Source: Blepharisma stoltei ATCC 30299
Lineage: Eukaryota > Protista > Ciliophora
NCBI GenBank assembly: GCA_965603825.1
Contig: CBFDEM010000052.1
Location: forward strand, 310,001 to 374,000
Direction of reading: 5' to 3'
DNA length: 64,000 nt
Shown: one piece after another, positions 49,432-60,000 of the stretch
How the letters are laid out: every line of letters starts with the position of its first letter
Position numbering within the stretch: position 1 is the stretch's first letter
The notes under the pieces: model-generated
Seen by the model: only the letters and a program-made list of their open reading frames with translations
Told to the model about the DNA's origin: nothing
Databases searched by the model: none
Program-made: the position numbers and the translations under genes

Positions 49432-49526
49432 ATTTTACTTTATTACTAAACTTGAGATGCCCTTTACTATGCTTCAAGTTTGATTTTTTCCAAATTAGTT
49501 TTTAAATTATGAGCTTAATGATTCTA

Positions 49527-49907
49527 TTAAAGCTCGGGATTTGAAAAAACTTTTGCAGTCACAACCTTTGTTTTTATAGGTTCAGCTTCCCATGGTCTTT
49601 TATATTCGAATGCTAATGATAATAATTCTCCATCTTCACATAACTCACTGCAAGAAATCTCGAAAACTTGAACTCCGCCTCCTCCAGTTAATCCACTTAG
49701 TAATTTATACTCTCCATTTAGGTCAGGAACTTTTAATTTATTTGAATTTGGTAGATTCAAAAACCAGCTGTATCCAGTTGTTGGATTTGAGGACAATGCA
49801 ACATTTGTTATCTTACCTATTATCACTTTGAACTCCTGAGCATTGTCTATACTTGTATAAGTACTTATAACAATGATGATAGAAAGCATAAAAATAAAGA
49901 CTTTCAT
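49527..49907 (-). CDS. Secreted chagasin-family (MEROPS I42) cysteine-protease inhibitor
   Basis: Signal peptide plus the three I42 loops SNPTTGYSW, GxTGGGG and YKRPWE. Confidence 0.88.
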   Translation of the reverse strand: MKVFIFMLSIIIVISTYTSIDNAQEFKVIIGKITNVALSSNPTTGYSWFLNLPNSNKLKVPDLNGEYKLLSGLTGGGGVQVFEISCSELCEDGELLSLAFEYKRPWEAEPIKTKVVTAKVFSNPEL

Positions 49908-50075
49908 ATTTTAATAATAAATAGGCACTGAAACTCCTAAGAATGATATATTTGCAGCTCATATGTACCAATATAAGAGAAAGCTAATCTATATTGTACA
50001 GGAATTTCTTGATAATAATGAATATCATTAATAATTTAGTCATCAGTAATCATATTTTATATAGAGATAAAATAG

Positions 50076-51341
50076 ATGGGCTATGAAGTAGAAAGATTCG
50101 TAGACAAAGTTCCAAACTCTTTTTTATGTCTTATTTGCCATGAAGTCGTAAAAAATCCTAAAGAATGCACCTCTTGTGAAAGCCTCTTCTGTGGGGATTG
50201 TATTGCAGCTTGCATAGAGCTGAACGGATACATCTGTCCTAATCGCTGCGAAAAATCAGAAATGCAAAGACCAGGCAGGATAATCCGAACAAACTTAGAA
50301 GACCTACTACTCAGATGCAAATACGCTAAGAACGGCTGCGGAAAAGTGGATAGAGTTGGTCGAATTGAAATACACGAGCAAGATGAGTGCCCCTATAATT
50401 GTGACATCAAGAAATGTGCAAGTCCAATCTGCAACACAAAAGAAGCTGTTGAAAATATGATATTATTTGCCACCCCTGAAAAACCTTCAACTCCTGACAT
50501 TTATGTTTGCTCACTGAAATGTGCAGCTACATTGGAATTTCAAAATATTTTAAACACATCAAGATCACAAGAAGAAATGCTTCGACGGCTTCAAAGCCGA
50601 TTTATGGAAAATATTAATAATATTGTTGCCCTTAGCAGTCCTATTACGTCTATTCATGAACAAGATAATGAAAAACCAATCATTTATAGCTCAACTACAA
50701 AGGTCAAAAAAGATGCGGTAGAGCTGCCTGATGGCTCTGTATACACAGGAGAATGGACTCTAGATGGACGAATTGAAGGAAAAGGAGTACAGACTTGGCA
50801 GGATGGGGCAAGGTATTCTGGAGAATTTTTAAATGGAGAAAAGCATGGATATGGCAATAAAACTACCAGTAATGGTCAAAGCTATTATGGGTTCTGAAAA
50901 CATAATAATAGATCAGGCCATGGGACTTATAGATGACCAAGTGGAAGCACCTATACAGGCAATTTCAAGCATGGCGATAACCACGGATGGGGCAAATATA
51001 CCTGGCATAATGGAAAAATCTATGAAGGAGAGTACAAAAATGACGAAAAAGATGGATTTGGAGCTATGATTTTTCCAGATGGAAGACGATACGTCGGGGA
51101 ATGAAAGCACAACATGCATCATGGCAAAGGAGTTTTAACTAACAGTGATGGGAGTGAGTATCAAGGCGAGTTTGTTGATGACATGAAGCAAGGATATGGA
51201 GTGATGAGATTTCCTGACAATTCCAAACAGATTGGATATTGAGAGTCCGACAAGCTTCATGGAGTTGTTACTTTTATTTCTAAAGACGACCAAAAAGAAG
51301 TCCAGCTCTGGAGAAATGGACAAAGAATAAACCTTGGTTAA
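50076..51341 (+). CDS. RING + TRAF-type zinc finger + MORN-repeat protein (421 aa)
   Basis: CLIC...CTSCESLFCGDC...CP; RCKYAKNGC...HEQDECPY; MORN repeats continue through TGA=Trp to TAA 51339-51341. Confidence 0.85.
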
Positions 51342-51432
51342 TTTGTGCTATTTATCATTTATGACTATAGTAACTTAATTTTATAATGTAGTTTATCTAT
51401 GATCTGTAGAAATACCTTTCTATAACTTATAA

Positions 51433-53325
51433 ATGGTCGATTCAATTTCACCAAGCATTGGCAGCGATCTCAGAAACAGCCTAAAGTCAAAGTTCGACGC
51501 AACCTACGAGGAATACACTCATGCTGACGAAAACCAAAAGCTATTATATTCTAAGTTCTTTTTGACGTTCTTTTTCAATAAAGTTGACAAAATAGAGCCA
51601 GAAGACATTGTTGGCCTAAGAAAAGTCATATCTTCAATGGCAAGCAATTCCAAGGACAACCTATCGCATGGATACCAAAAACTATTTACTTTGGTCAGAC
51701 AAAGTATCAAAAATCAGTACGACCTTTTCATTGCAAATGCAAAAATATCTGAAGAAAACAAAGGAGAGGAGGCAGAAAAACTTGTTCAGGATGGAGAAAA
51801 TGCGTTACAAGATCCCATTAAATTTCTTAAGTCCATCGAAAAGTGGTCAGAAGGCATCAGAATGCTAGAAGAAGTAGATATTTCCTGCCAAGAACTAAAA
51901 CATTATCTTTATATCAACTTAGCATGCCTAAATGTGGCTCCTGACGATCTTAAGAAGACATCTGAGTTGTTAAAGCATTTAAAACCTTTTGTAAAGTTCC
52001 TAGAAGACCTGGGTACGAAAGATATCATTACAACTCCAACCAGAAATTTGGTTTCTACTATAAATAATTATGAGCTCTACAGAAAAATCCAAGATGCCTC
52101 TATTGGAGGTCTAGACACTGAAGCATTATTCAAGCGTGTTAGCTCTTTAAATGAAGAAGATATAAAGGAGTCTATAAGAACCGTTCAGTTCTATGATTAT
52201 TCGCATTGCGATTTAGGTGATACAATCAGAGACAAAGTGTCTAAATATTCAGGAGAAGAACTAAAAGGAGAAATCCAAACCACAACAGATCAAGAAGAAT
52301 TAGACGAGGAAACAAAAGATAATGTGGGAGAACTAGGGGCACAGGAAACTGCAGATAACGCTATTGACAATCTTAGTACTGTTTGTCCTGAAGCTGATTC
52401 TTTCAGGCTTGGAGATCTAGAAATAAACAGCTGGGATCAATTATCAATTGATTCCCAAATCATCCCTCCTAGAGATAAAGGCAACAATGTGATCATGAAT
52501 GTCGAAAAAGTTGTTTATAATGATGAAATACTTGTAGCAAAGTCTCATACATTCCCTTCTGATTTTACAAAAATAAAAAGATTCGAAAATGAAGCAAAAA
52601 TAATGGCAAGTGCTTCAGAATCTGGGTCAAGTAATTTCTTAAGAGTTTATGGAGCTTTTCACGACGTGGTAAACCATAGAAAAAAGTTTACAGTGGTAAT
52701 GGAATATTGTGAAGGGGTTCTCACTAATGAAATCAGAGAAAGAAAATATTCTCATAATAAATATTCTGAAGAAGAACTGCAAATGTTTGCAATAAGCATG
52801 ATCAATGCTTGCTCTATATTGGCAGATATGAAAATCTATCACCGTGATATAAAGCCTGATAACATTTTTATTAAAATAGAAGATGATACAAAGATTTATA
52901 AGCTTGGGGATTTTGATGTCTCATTCACCTCAGAAACTACTTCAACAGAAAAAACGGTATCAGCTGGAGTAACAGGGACACCAGATTATTTAGCCCCTGA
53001 ACTATTTAATTTATATTTAGAGTCTCTAAGACTGCCAACGCACAGGAGAGCAGAATTTGCAATGAGAGCAAGATTAAGGATGAGCAAGGCAGATGTTTAC
53101 TCTCTTGGCCTGACAATTCTTGAGATGGCTACCTTATCAAGTCCTGGAGGTCATAATTCGTGTGATCAAGAGGAAATAGACAATTATGTAAAAGCAAAAG
53201 TTGAGATTCCTTGGGTTAAGGAGCTTTTACTATATATGCTCAAAGTTAGCTACCAGGAAAGACCAGATTTCAGAATGTTGAGAGAGCGGTTTGGAAATGA
53301 TGCGCCTCAAGCAACAATAATATAA
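51433..53325 (+). CDS. Divergent Ser/Thr protein kinase (630 aa) with helical N-terminal region
   Basis: VAK, YHRDIKPDN, KLGDFDVS, GTPDYLAPE, ADVYSLG. Confidence 0.88.
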   Translation: MVDSISPSIGSDLRNSLKSKFDATYEEYTHADENQKLLYSKFFLTFFFNKVDKIEPEDIVGLRKVISSMASNSKDNLSHGYQKLFTLVRQSIKNQYDLFIANAKISEENKGEEAEKLVQDGENALQDPIKFLKSIEKWSEGIRMLEEVDISCQELKHYLYINLACLNVAPDDLKKTSELLKHLKPFVKFLEDLGTKDIITTPTRNLVSTINNYELYRKIQDASIGGLDTEALFKRVSSLNEEDIKESIRTVQFYDYSHCDLGDTIRDKVSKYSGEELKGEIQTTTDQEELDEETKDNVGELGAQETADNAIDNLSTVCPEADSFRLGDLEINSWDQLSIDSQIIPPRDKGNNVIMNVEKVVYNDEILVAKSHTFPSDFTKIKRFENEAKIMASASESGSSNFLRVYGAFHDVVNHRKKFTVVMEYCEGVLTNEIRERKYSHNKYSEEELQMFAISMINACSILADMKIYHRDIKPDNIFIKIEDDTKIYKLGDFDVSFTSETTSTEKTVSAGVTGTPDYLAPELFNLYLESLRLPTHRRAEFAMRARLRMSKADVYSLGLTILEMATLSSPGGHNSCDQEEIDNYVKAKVEIPWVKELLLYMLKVSYQERPDFRMLRERFGNDAPQATII

Positions 53326-53655
53326 ATCATTCATAAAAATTGAAATTTAATTAAATTATTGATGAATTCACTATTATATTAAGCACAGCTTCAAGGAAAA
53401 ATCTTAATTTATTGTTTTTGATACATATTTAATGAAGTTTATGATTTAAGAAATTATAGAGCGTATAAGAATGAGATTGTATATTTTTTCTTTAATAAAT
53501 TTATCTTTAGTTAAATTTATTCCTATATTCTTTAGCTTATTTATAGATATAGATATTTGCAGACAGCATAAATTCACTATATATCTCAATTAAATAGGCA
53601 TTAGTTATTATTTATATCTTATCTAAATTAATAAAGATAGTTTTGTCTAGATAAT

Positions 53656-56404
53656 ATGAAAAGGCCAATAAATATTCTTACATTCACTCAGAAAGAAGAA
53701 CCATTGAGTTTAACTGAAATCAAGCCTATCTCTTTAATAGCCAAAGAGCTTTCTCTTCCAGAACCCCTCACAGAAATCGATCGTAATTACTATTTCAGAA
53801 GCCGATTCACAAGCCCTCTCATTTGAAGAGCGGAAAAAATATACAGAGTCAGCGATGGTTTGACTCAGAACTCTTTTTTTAAAGCGAAAACATCTTAAAG
53901 ACCATCCTTCATATGTATTTGATATTCAGATGCTTGACCAAACAAATCAGTTCGCTAATATCCTTTGCGATTGAATTATTTACAGTCTAAAAAGTGACAA
54001 ACGGACACAAGCGTTTAGTTTAATAGGAGTCCTTGATAAATTAATTGACCCCAAATCCAAGCTAAAATTCAAAGACCGTAGCACATTACGAGGTTGTCTT
54101 CAAATTTAGTAAGAAATATCCAGCACTGGTGCTTATTACCTAAAGGAAAAGAAAAATGACCAAGCTATTGAAGCTTGTGAAAAAGCTATTGCTTTGACAG
54201 AAAAAAATAACGCTTTTCAAGAATTAGTCTTAGCCCTTTCAATTTGCGGTTATGCAATTTGTATGTCCGAAGATCATAAAAGGGCATTGGACCTTCATCA
54301 AAGAGCTTTAGACCTTTTGTCAAATAAATGCAGATTCGAAAATGATAAGGTGAATATTTATATTACTGTATGCTTATATAACACTGCAATAGAATGCGTG
54401 CACATGAATATGAGAGAAGAAGCCCAAAGCTATATCATGCAAGCATATAACATTGCACAAGTTAATTTAAAAGCACTTCCTTTGGTCCATACAAAAGTTT
54501 TGTGGCTTTATAAAGAGCTGAAAGACCAATCACCACAAAGGCCAGACGCTTTGCCTAAAATTGAAAAGCAAAATGCCTTAATTAGCTCTTCAGATAGCGG
54601 AAAAATGCAAAAAAGTACAAAAGATCCAATTAAAATTTCTCCGTCTAAAGCATTACCTCCACATCCATTATTTAAAATGCTTCACTCTAGTGCGCAAGAG
54701 AATAAAAATCAAAGGCCAGGGACTTCTAGTGGCCCAGGCGAAAAAAGAATTGGAAGAGACCTATTAATTTCTAACGACAAAAAGCCAAGACCTGTAAGTG
54801 CAAATAAGCAAGATTTAATTGATTTAGAAAAGACTAATGCAATTAGCAATGATAAGCCTGCATTATCACTGAAAGAGAAAATTAGAATTAGATCAAAAAA
54901 AGAAAAATCAAGAACCAGGATTGAGCCAGCAAAGAAAAATGTGGTAGAAAACATTGGGACAATAAAAGTTAGAAATAACGCTGCAAAAAAGATTCAAAAA
55001 AAATGGAGACTACATTTCAGTGAAAAAATTCTAAAAATAATAAAAATCCAAAACTGATATAGAAGATATAAAAATCAACAGAAATTAGCAAGGCTTAAAA
55101 GAAGCATTATTTTAATCCAATCTATAATTAGGAGAAAAGAAGTATTTCTGAAAGTTAGAGGTATAAAAAGCCTGAATAAAAATATTTTATCAATTCAAAA
55201 ATCATACAGAGGACATAAAGACTATTTGAAATTCAAAATGCTTAAGAATAGCATAATGATTATTCAGGCTGTATTTAAAAGAAAGGATGCATTTATGAGT
55301 GTGCAAGAAATGAAAAATGATTATAAAGATAAAAATATGAAAGTTTTGGATATTCAAAGATGCTATAGAGGATATAGAGACCGAGAAAAAAAGAAAAAGC
55401 TTGAATATGCTTTATTAGCACTCCAAGCTTTATATAGAAGAAAAGAAGCAATATGAGCTGTCCAAGAAATCAGAAAAGTGCGCGATAATGAGGAGGAGCA
55501 AAAAGTTATAAAAATCCAAAAGTGTTATAGAGGCTACAAACAGCGTAAAATAACAAAGCGCATTGCTGACTTAATTTTGATACTTCAATCCTTACTAAGA
55601 AGGAAGGAAGCCATTCTCACTATAAAAAATTTAAAAAGTGAGGTTTATAATGGAAATCGTGAAGTTATACTCAAAATACAAAAAATTTACAAAGGCTATA
55701 AAGAAAGAAAAAGAGTAAAAAATCTCAAAAATAGTATTTTGATTATTCAATCTTTATTAAGAGCAAAATCAGCTTACAGTGAAACTAAAGAAATGAAGCA
55801 AAAAGTTATCCTCACACAGAGTGTTGTAAAGGCGCTATTAGTTAAAAAAAAATACAAGCATTGCCGAGATGGGATCATAAAGATCCAAAGTAGTTGGAGA
55901 AGATTTATTACACAGAAGCAAATTTCTTCTAAGAATGCTTCAATAAGCAAAATAAAAGCGTTCCTTCTTGGAATTATTATTAGGAAACAGTTAGCTAAGA
56001 AAAATCAGTCAGCCATAAAAATTCAGAGCTGATACAAATCCCTAATAGTTCAAAGAAAGCTAAGCCCATGCCAAAGATTTCTCAAGAAATTTATATTGAA
56101 ACTAATATTGGGAATTTGCAAAGAGCTGAAGAAAGATGCTAAAGAATTTTTATGCATTAAAATTGGACAAAAGGAAAAAGCAGCGATTAAAATTCAAAGC
56201 CAATGGAGAAAATGCATTTGAAAGGCAAGAGCAGAAATTATTAAACTGTCTCAAAATAAAGTAAAAGGATTTTTATTAGGAATAATTGCACGAAAGAGAT
56301 TAAGGAAGCAAAAAGTCGCTGCGATAAAAATTCAAAGCTGAATCAAGGGATTTCTTTATAGGAAAAATGCCCGAAAAGTTCAGAGGTTAAAAAGATTACA
56401 TTAA
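53656..56404 (+). CDS. TPR-like + multi-IQ-motif calmodulin-binding protein (~900 aa)
   Basis: ATG 53656, introns 53783-53798 and 54109-54123, seven TGA=Trp; many IQxxxRGxxxR/IQSxxR units; TAA 56402-56404. Confidence 0.8.
53783..53798 (+). other. 16-nt intron GTAATTACTATTTCAG
   Basis: Supplies exactly the frame change needed to join ATG 53656 to the downstream ORF. Confidence 0.8.
53915..53929 (+). other. 15-nt intron candidate GTATTTGATATTCAG (in frame, no stop)
   Basis: GT..AG with A10; not required for ORF continuity. Confidence 0.45.
54109..54123 (+). other. 15-nt intron GTAAGAAATATCCAG
   Basis: Removes in-frame TAG TAA and gives LQIYTGAYY. Confidence 0.88.
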
Positions 56405-56639
56405 AATTGAAACCTTGTAACCCTTAAAAAATATCGAGAATACTTTAATTCTTTGCATTGATAAAATAATTTACACTATAGAATATTTATTTGCATAATT
56501 GGCTATCCATTAACTAATACTTTAAAAAATTGCTTTCTTTAGCATTATAGAACTAATAACTATTTACTTAGAAATTTAAATAATATTTATTGGCAAAGCT
56601 TTTTGCATAGATTTCAAGATTCTAAAAAATTGTAAAAAG

Positions 56640-56710
56640 GTCCAAGGTTGGGATTCGAACCCAATGAATACTGCTGAGATGTTCAATATCTTGGCACCCG
56701 CCTCCCTGGA
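56640..56710 (-). ncRNA. Aberrant tRNA-like RNA (possible tRNA-Ser(UGA) variant or pseudo-tRNA)
   Basis: 7-bp acceptor stem TCCAGGG/CCTTGGA, T-arm TTGGG-TTCGAAT-CCCAA, T5 tract 2 nt after the stem; D-arm only GGC-GGGT-GCC. Confidence 0.65.
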
Positions 56711-57163
56711 GCAATAATTATCTATACCGGAAACATATATAGTTTGTTTCGCATAATTGATAAATCTACTATTTATTATAGGCAAAATCTTACTAATCCT
56801 GATAATTAAAGTATCTTGCTAAATTAAAAAAACGCATTAAATAAATTGCATATCCTATAAATTTCTTCTTATATCTAGCAATACACATAATTAATCCATT
56901 CTTCTTTTACTTTAAGTAATTTAAAGCATCAATTTATTAGCTAATTATTTAAAATTATAAATTAACTTCATTTCTTTTAAAAATTATTTAGCACAGCCTT
57001 ATTATTTCCATATCTTTATTACCCAATAAAAACTAACTCTTTGTTAATACCCATTTATTATATAAAGCCAGTTCAGTTAACATCATCACATAATTTGTCC
57101 TATTTATGCGCCTGATGACTTCTAAATTTCTCTTAATTTCTGATAACCGTTCGATAATATATT

Positions 57164-59515
57164 ATGGTCAAAGAAGGGACTGAGCTAACTGAGCCACTTA
57201 TCCATAAGTCTGGTTCAGCAGCTGAAAAAGACTCATTTAAAGAAGACTACCAATACATTTTCGTCTTCCCCAATCACTTTTCTGAAGACGAAGCTGTAAT
57301 CGCCCCACTCAACGAAAAAATAAGCATTTCTCTCTGCAAAGAAATTTTTGCCAACACTTTTAAGCTGAGTGAAGAAGAAGGACATTCTGAAAGCTTAGAA
57401 ATGAAGCTTAAACAAGAAACAAGCCAGCACATCCCACAGCGTCACGCCTGGATCAGCGAGATGTGGAGAGGATTTTCTAAAGAAAACCAAGGAGAAGTGG
57501 AATTCAGAAGATTCCTAAACTTGATCATAACTTGCGTCCTCAGAGTGATGCAGGAAGATCTTAAATTAGATTTAAAGCTGTTCTTTTCAAGGGATAAAGA
57601 TGAAATATTCTGCAAGATCCGCGCCAGTGAGCACAATTTTAAGGTCCAAGCTGATTTGATGGATTATCATTTACAGTTGAAAAGACCTGAAAGCATTCCT
57701 AGGTCTGGTTATAGTCTGATTTGCCCTTATGGGAGATTTGAAAAAAATAAAGACGAAGAAAAATCAGGCCCAGTTCTCCAGAAAAAGGTTATCAAAGATG
57801 TAGAAAGCAACTATAAGAAGTATGGAACTGATGAAAGACAAGCAAAAACAGGAAATGGGATCACCATGTTTAAATATAAAGACAAAGTAAGAATTCTACT
57901 GGCAATGATCAGTTCAGTTATTGACATTGGTGAGCTTTTAGATAATGACATCTTGATCAACCATTTTTGCATACATAATGAAGAGCAGCTGGCTTTCCTC
58001 AGAAGCAACTGGGGATCATTTTCTATGTTCTGGAAACCTCAGCCACTCCAAAAAGTCAAAAATTACTTCGGTGAAAAAATCGCTATGTACTTTGCATGGC
58101 TTGGGTATTATGTAGCATGGCTTATTGCTCCAGCCATAATAGGGCTTGTAACGTTTATTATCCAACTTATTATGGATAATCTTGATGATAAGGATCAAAA
58201 AATGAACCTTGCTGAAATTTCTCTTCTTATATTTTCACTGTCATTAGCATTAGGCTCTACACTGTTGGATCAGCTTTGGATAAGACGTCAAAATCAGCTT
58301 TCTTGGATGTGGGGAACTACAGATATCCAAGAAGTGGAACAACAACGTCCTACTTATAAAGGGAAATATGGAACTGATCCTGTAACTGGCCGTAAAAAGA
58401 AAATTTCTAATAAATCAATATGGGAAAAAATCAAAAGAAGCATTAGTATGTCAGTAGTTTTCATTTGCATTGGAAGTGCAGTTGTAGCTGTTGCTGCGAT
58501 CATGATTTATCGTGACATTTATGCTAGCTATTCATGGGGTCCGCTTTCATGTGCTGTTATCAATGCTCTCCAAATCAGAATTTTAAATTTAATTTATAGA
58601 AGAGTTGCGAAGTTTTTCACTGAGTGGGAAAACTATGAGTATGATACTCAGTACAACGATGCCTTATGCATCAAACTATATTTGTTCCAATTTGTCAACA
58701 GTTACGCCTCACTTATTTATTTAGGATTCATTAAATGCTATGGAGATGAAGACAACTCACAGTGTTTAGATGAGCTATCACTTCAGTTAGAAGTCATTTT
58801 CGTATTTAATGTAATTTGCAACTTTTTCGAATTAGGGGCTCCTTATTGTTCTAACGCTTGGAGAAAGAGAGCTGAAAAAAGACATTTAAAAGCAATGCAT
58901 GATTCTGGACATAAAGGGAGAAAAACAATGACTTCTACTGAAAAGCAAGCAAGCTTATCAGAATATGAGACACCATTAGACGATTATATGGAACTCATCA
59001 TTGATTATGGCTATGTCGTTATGTTTTCAGCAGCCTTCCCAATCGTCCCACTAATTGCATTATTCGTGAACATTATTGAAGTCAGGGTTGACGCATATAA
59101 ATTATGCTACCTAATGAAAAGACCTTATCCAACCCCTGCAAATTCTATTGGTGAGTGGGAATCTATAGTCAGAACCATTTCTGTTATAGGAGCTTTAACC
59201 AATACAGCAATCATTATTTTCACAGCAAATATTTTCGATTTAACTGATTTCGCTACTAAGTGGGGATATTTCATGGTCATTGAGCACGTCCTTTTGGTAT
59301 TTAAGTTTTTAATCAGCAGACAAGTCCCAGATATTCCTAATGATGTCAAGAAAGGATTGATATGGAGCAATAGAATTTCTGACGAAAAGATCTATGGAAA
59401 GAGCAGCGATGTTGACCAGCAAAGAGTCCTCAGAAATTTATATTTCAAGAACAATCCAAATGCAATTAGGGAAAGATCCATACTAGACCCAGAAAAGATT
59501 GCACTCACGGATTAA
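57164..59515 (+). CDS. Anoctamin/TMEM16 family channel or scramblase
   Basis: NYFGEKIAMYFAWLGYY, TEWENYE, FQFVNSY, DYMELIIDYGY, IEVRVDAYKL, SIGEW. Confidence 0.95.
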   Translation: MVKEGTELTEPLIHKSGSAAEKDSFKEDYQYIFVFPNHFSEDEAVIAPLNEKISISLCKEIFANTFKLSEEEGHSESLEMKLKQETSQHIPQRHAWISEMWRGFSKENQGEVEFRRFLNLIITCVLRVMQEDLKLDLKLFFSRDKDEIFCKIRASEHNFKVQADLMDYHLQLKRPESIPRSGYSLICPYGRFEKNKDEEKSGPVLQKKVIKDVESNYKKYGTDERQAKTGNGITMFKYKDKVRILLAMISSVIDIGELLDNDILINHFCIHNEEQLAFLRSNWGSFSMFWKPQPLQKVKNYFGEKIAMYFAWLGYYVAWLIAPAIIGLVTFIIQLIMDNLDDKDQKMNLAEISLLIFSLSLALGSTLLDQLWIRRQNQLSWMWGTTDIQEVEQQRPTYKGKYGTDPVTGRKKKISNKSIWEKIKRSISMSVVFICIGSAVVAVAAIMIYRDIYASYSWGPLSCAVINALQIRILNLIYRRVAKFFTEWENYEYDTQYNDALCIKLYLFQFVNSYASLIYLGFIKCYGDEDNSQCLDELSLQLEVIFVFNVICNFFELGAPYCSNAWRKRAEKRHLKAMHDSGHKGRKTMTSTEKQASLSEYETPLDDYMELIIDYGYVVMFSAAFPIVPLIALFVNIIEVRVDAYKLCYLMKRPYPTPANSIGEWESIVRTISVIGALTNTAIIIFTANIFDLTDFATKWGYFMVIEHVLLVFKFLISRQVPDIPNDVKKGLIWSNRISDEKIYGKSSDVDQQRVLRNLYFKNNPNAIRERSILDPEKIALTD

Positions 59516-59554
59516 TTTAAATAATCCATAGTTTAAGCTAAAATCTAAACTGAT

Positions 59555-59986
59555 TTAATTACGTTTATCACCAATTTTCAGATTATTCAGAATGACTTGT
59601 TTGCTGGACTCCATGATTTCTCCCCCTATAATAATTTCATCTAGAATCCCATAAACTTTGTGGAAATTGAAGACCAAATCAAGTTCGCATACATTTCCAA
59701 AAAATTGGTCAAGAACTTCTACAAATAAATGAATGATTTCCATTATAGAGAGCTCGTTTTCGTCAATATCAACGCCTACTGAAAAGAAAAGTCCTGCGTA
59801 TTTTCTGTAAATCACTTTAAAGTTTTTGAATTCAATGAAGTTTGTAAATTTTTGGTCTCTGTTGATGACGAGACGATGAATTTCGTTTTCTGTTTGGCAT
59901 TTTTCGTCGTGAGGCACATAGGTATACCATTTGGAGAGTCGGGTTTTGCCTTGGCGATTCTGCAAGAGGAGAAATCGAACTACCAT
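59555..59986 (-). CDS. AP2S1: AP-2 complex sigma subunit
   Basis: [37 protein letters not shown]. Confidence 0.9.
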   Translation of the reverse strand: MVVRFLLLQNRQGKTRLSKWYTYVPHDEKCQTENEIHRLVINRDQKFTNFIEFKNFKVIYRKYAGLFFSVGVDIDENELSIMEIIHLFVEVLDQFFGNVCELDLVFNFHKVYGILDEIIIGGEIMESSKQVILNNLKIGDKRN

Positions 59987-60000
59987 TATAAATTATTTGA

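Noticed and set aside
56640-56710. UGA-suppressor tRNA(UCA) or tRNA-Sec
   Set aside because: Placing TCA in an anticodon loop gives no credible stem, and the 9/4 acceptor/T geometry and long D-stem of eukaryotic tRNA-Sec are absent.
56576-56785. 69-aa ORF from the track
   Set aside because: Non-ATG start and no motifs; it merely overlaps the tRNA-like element.
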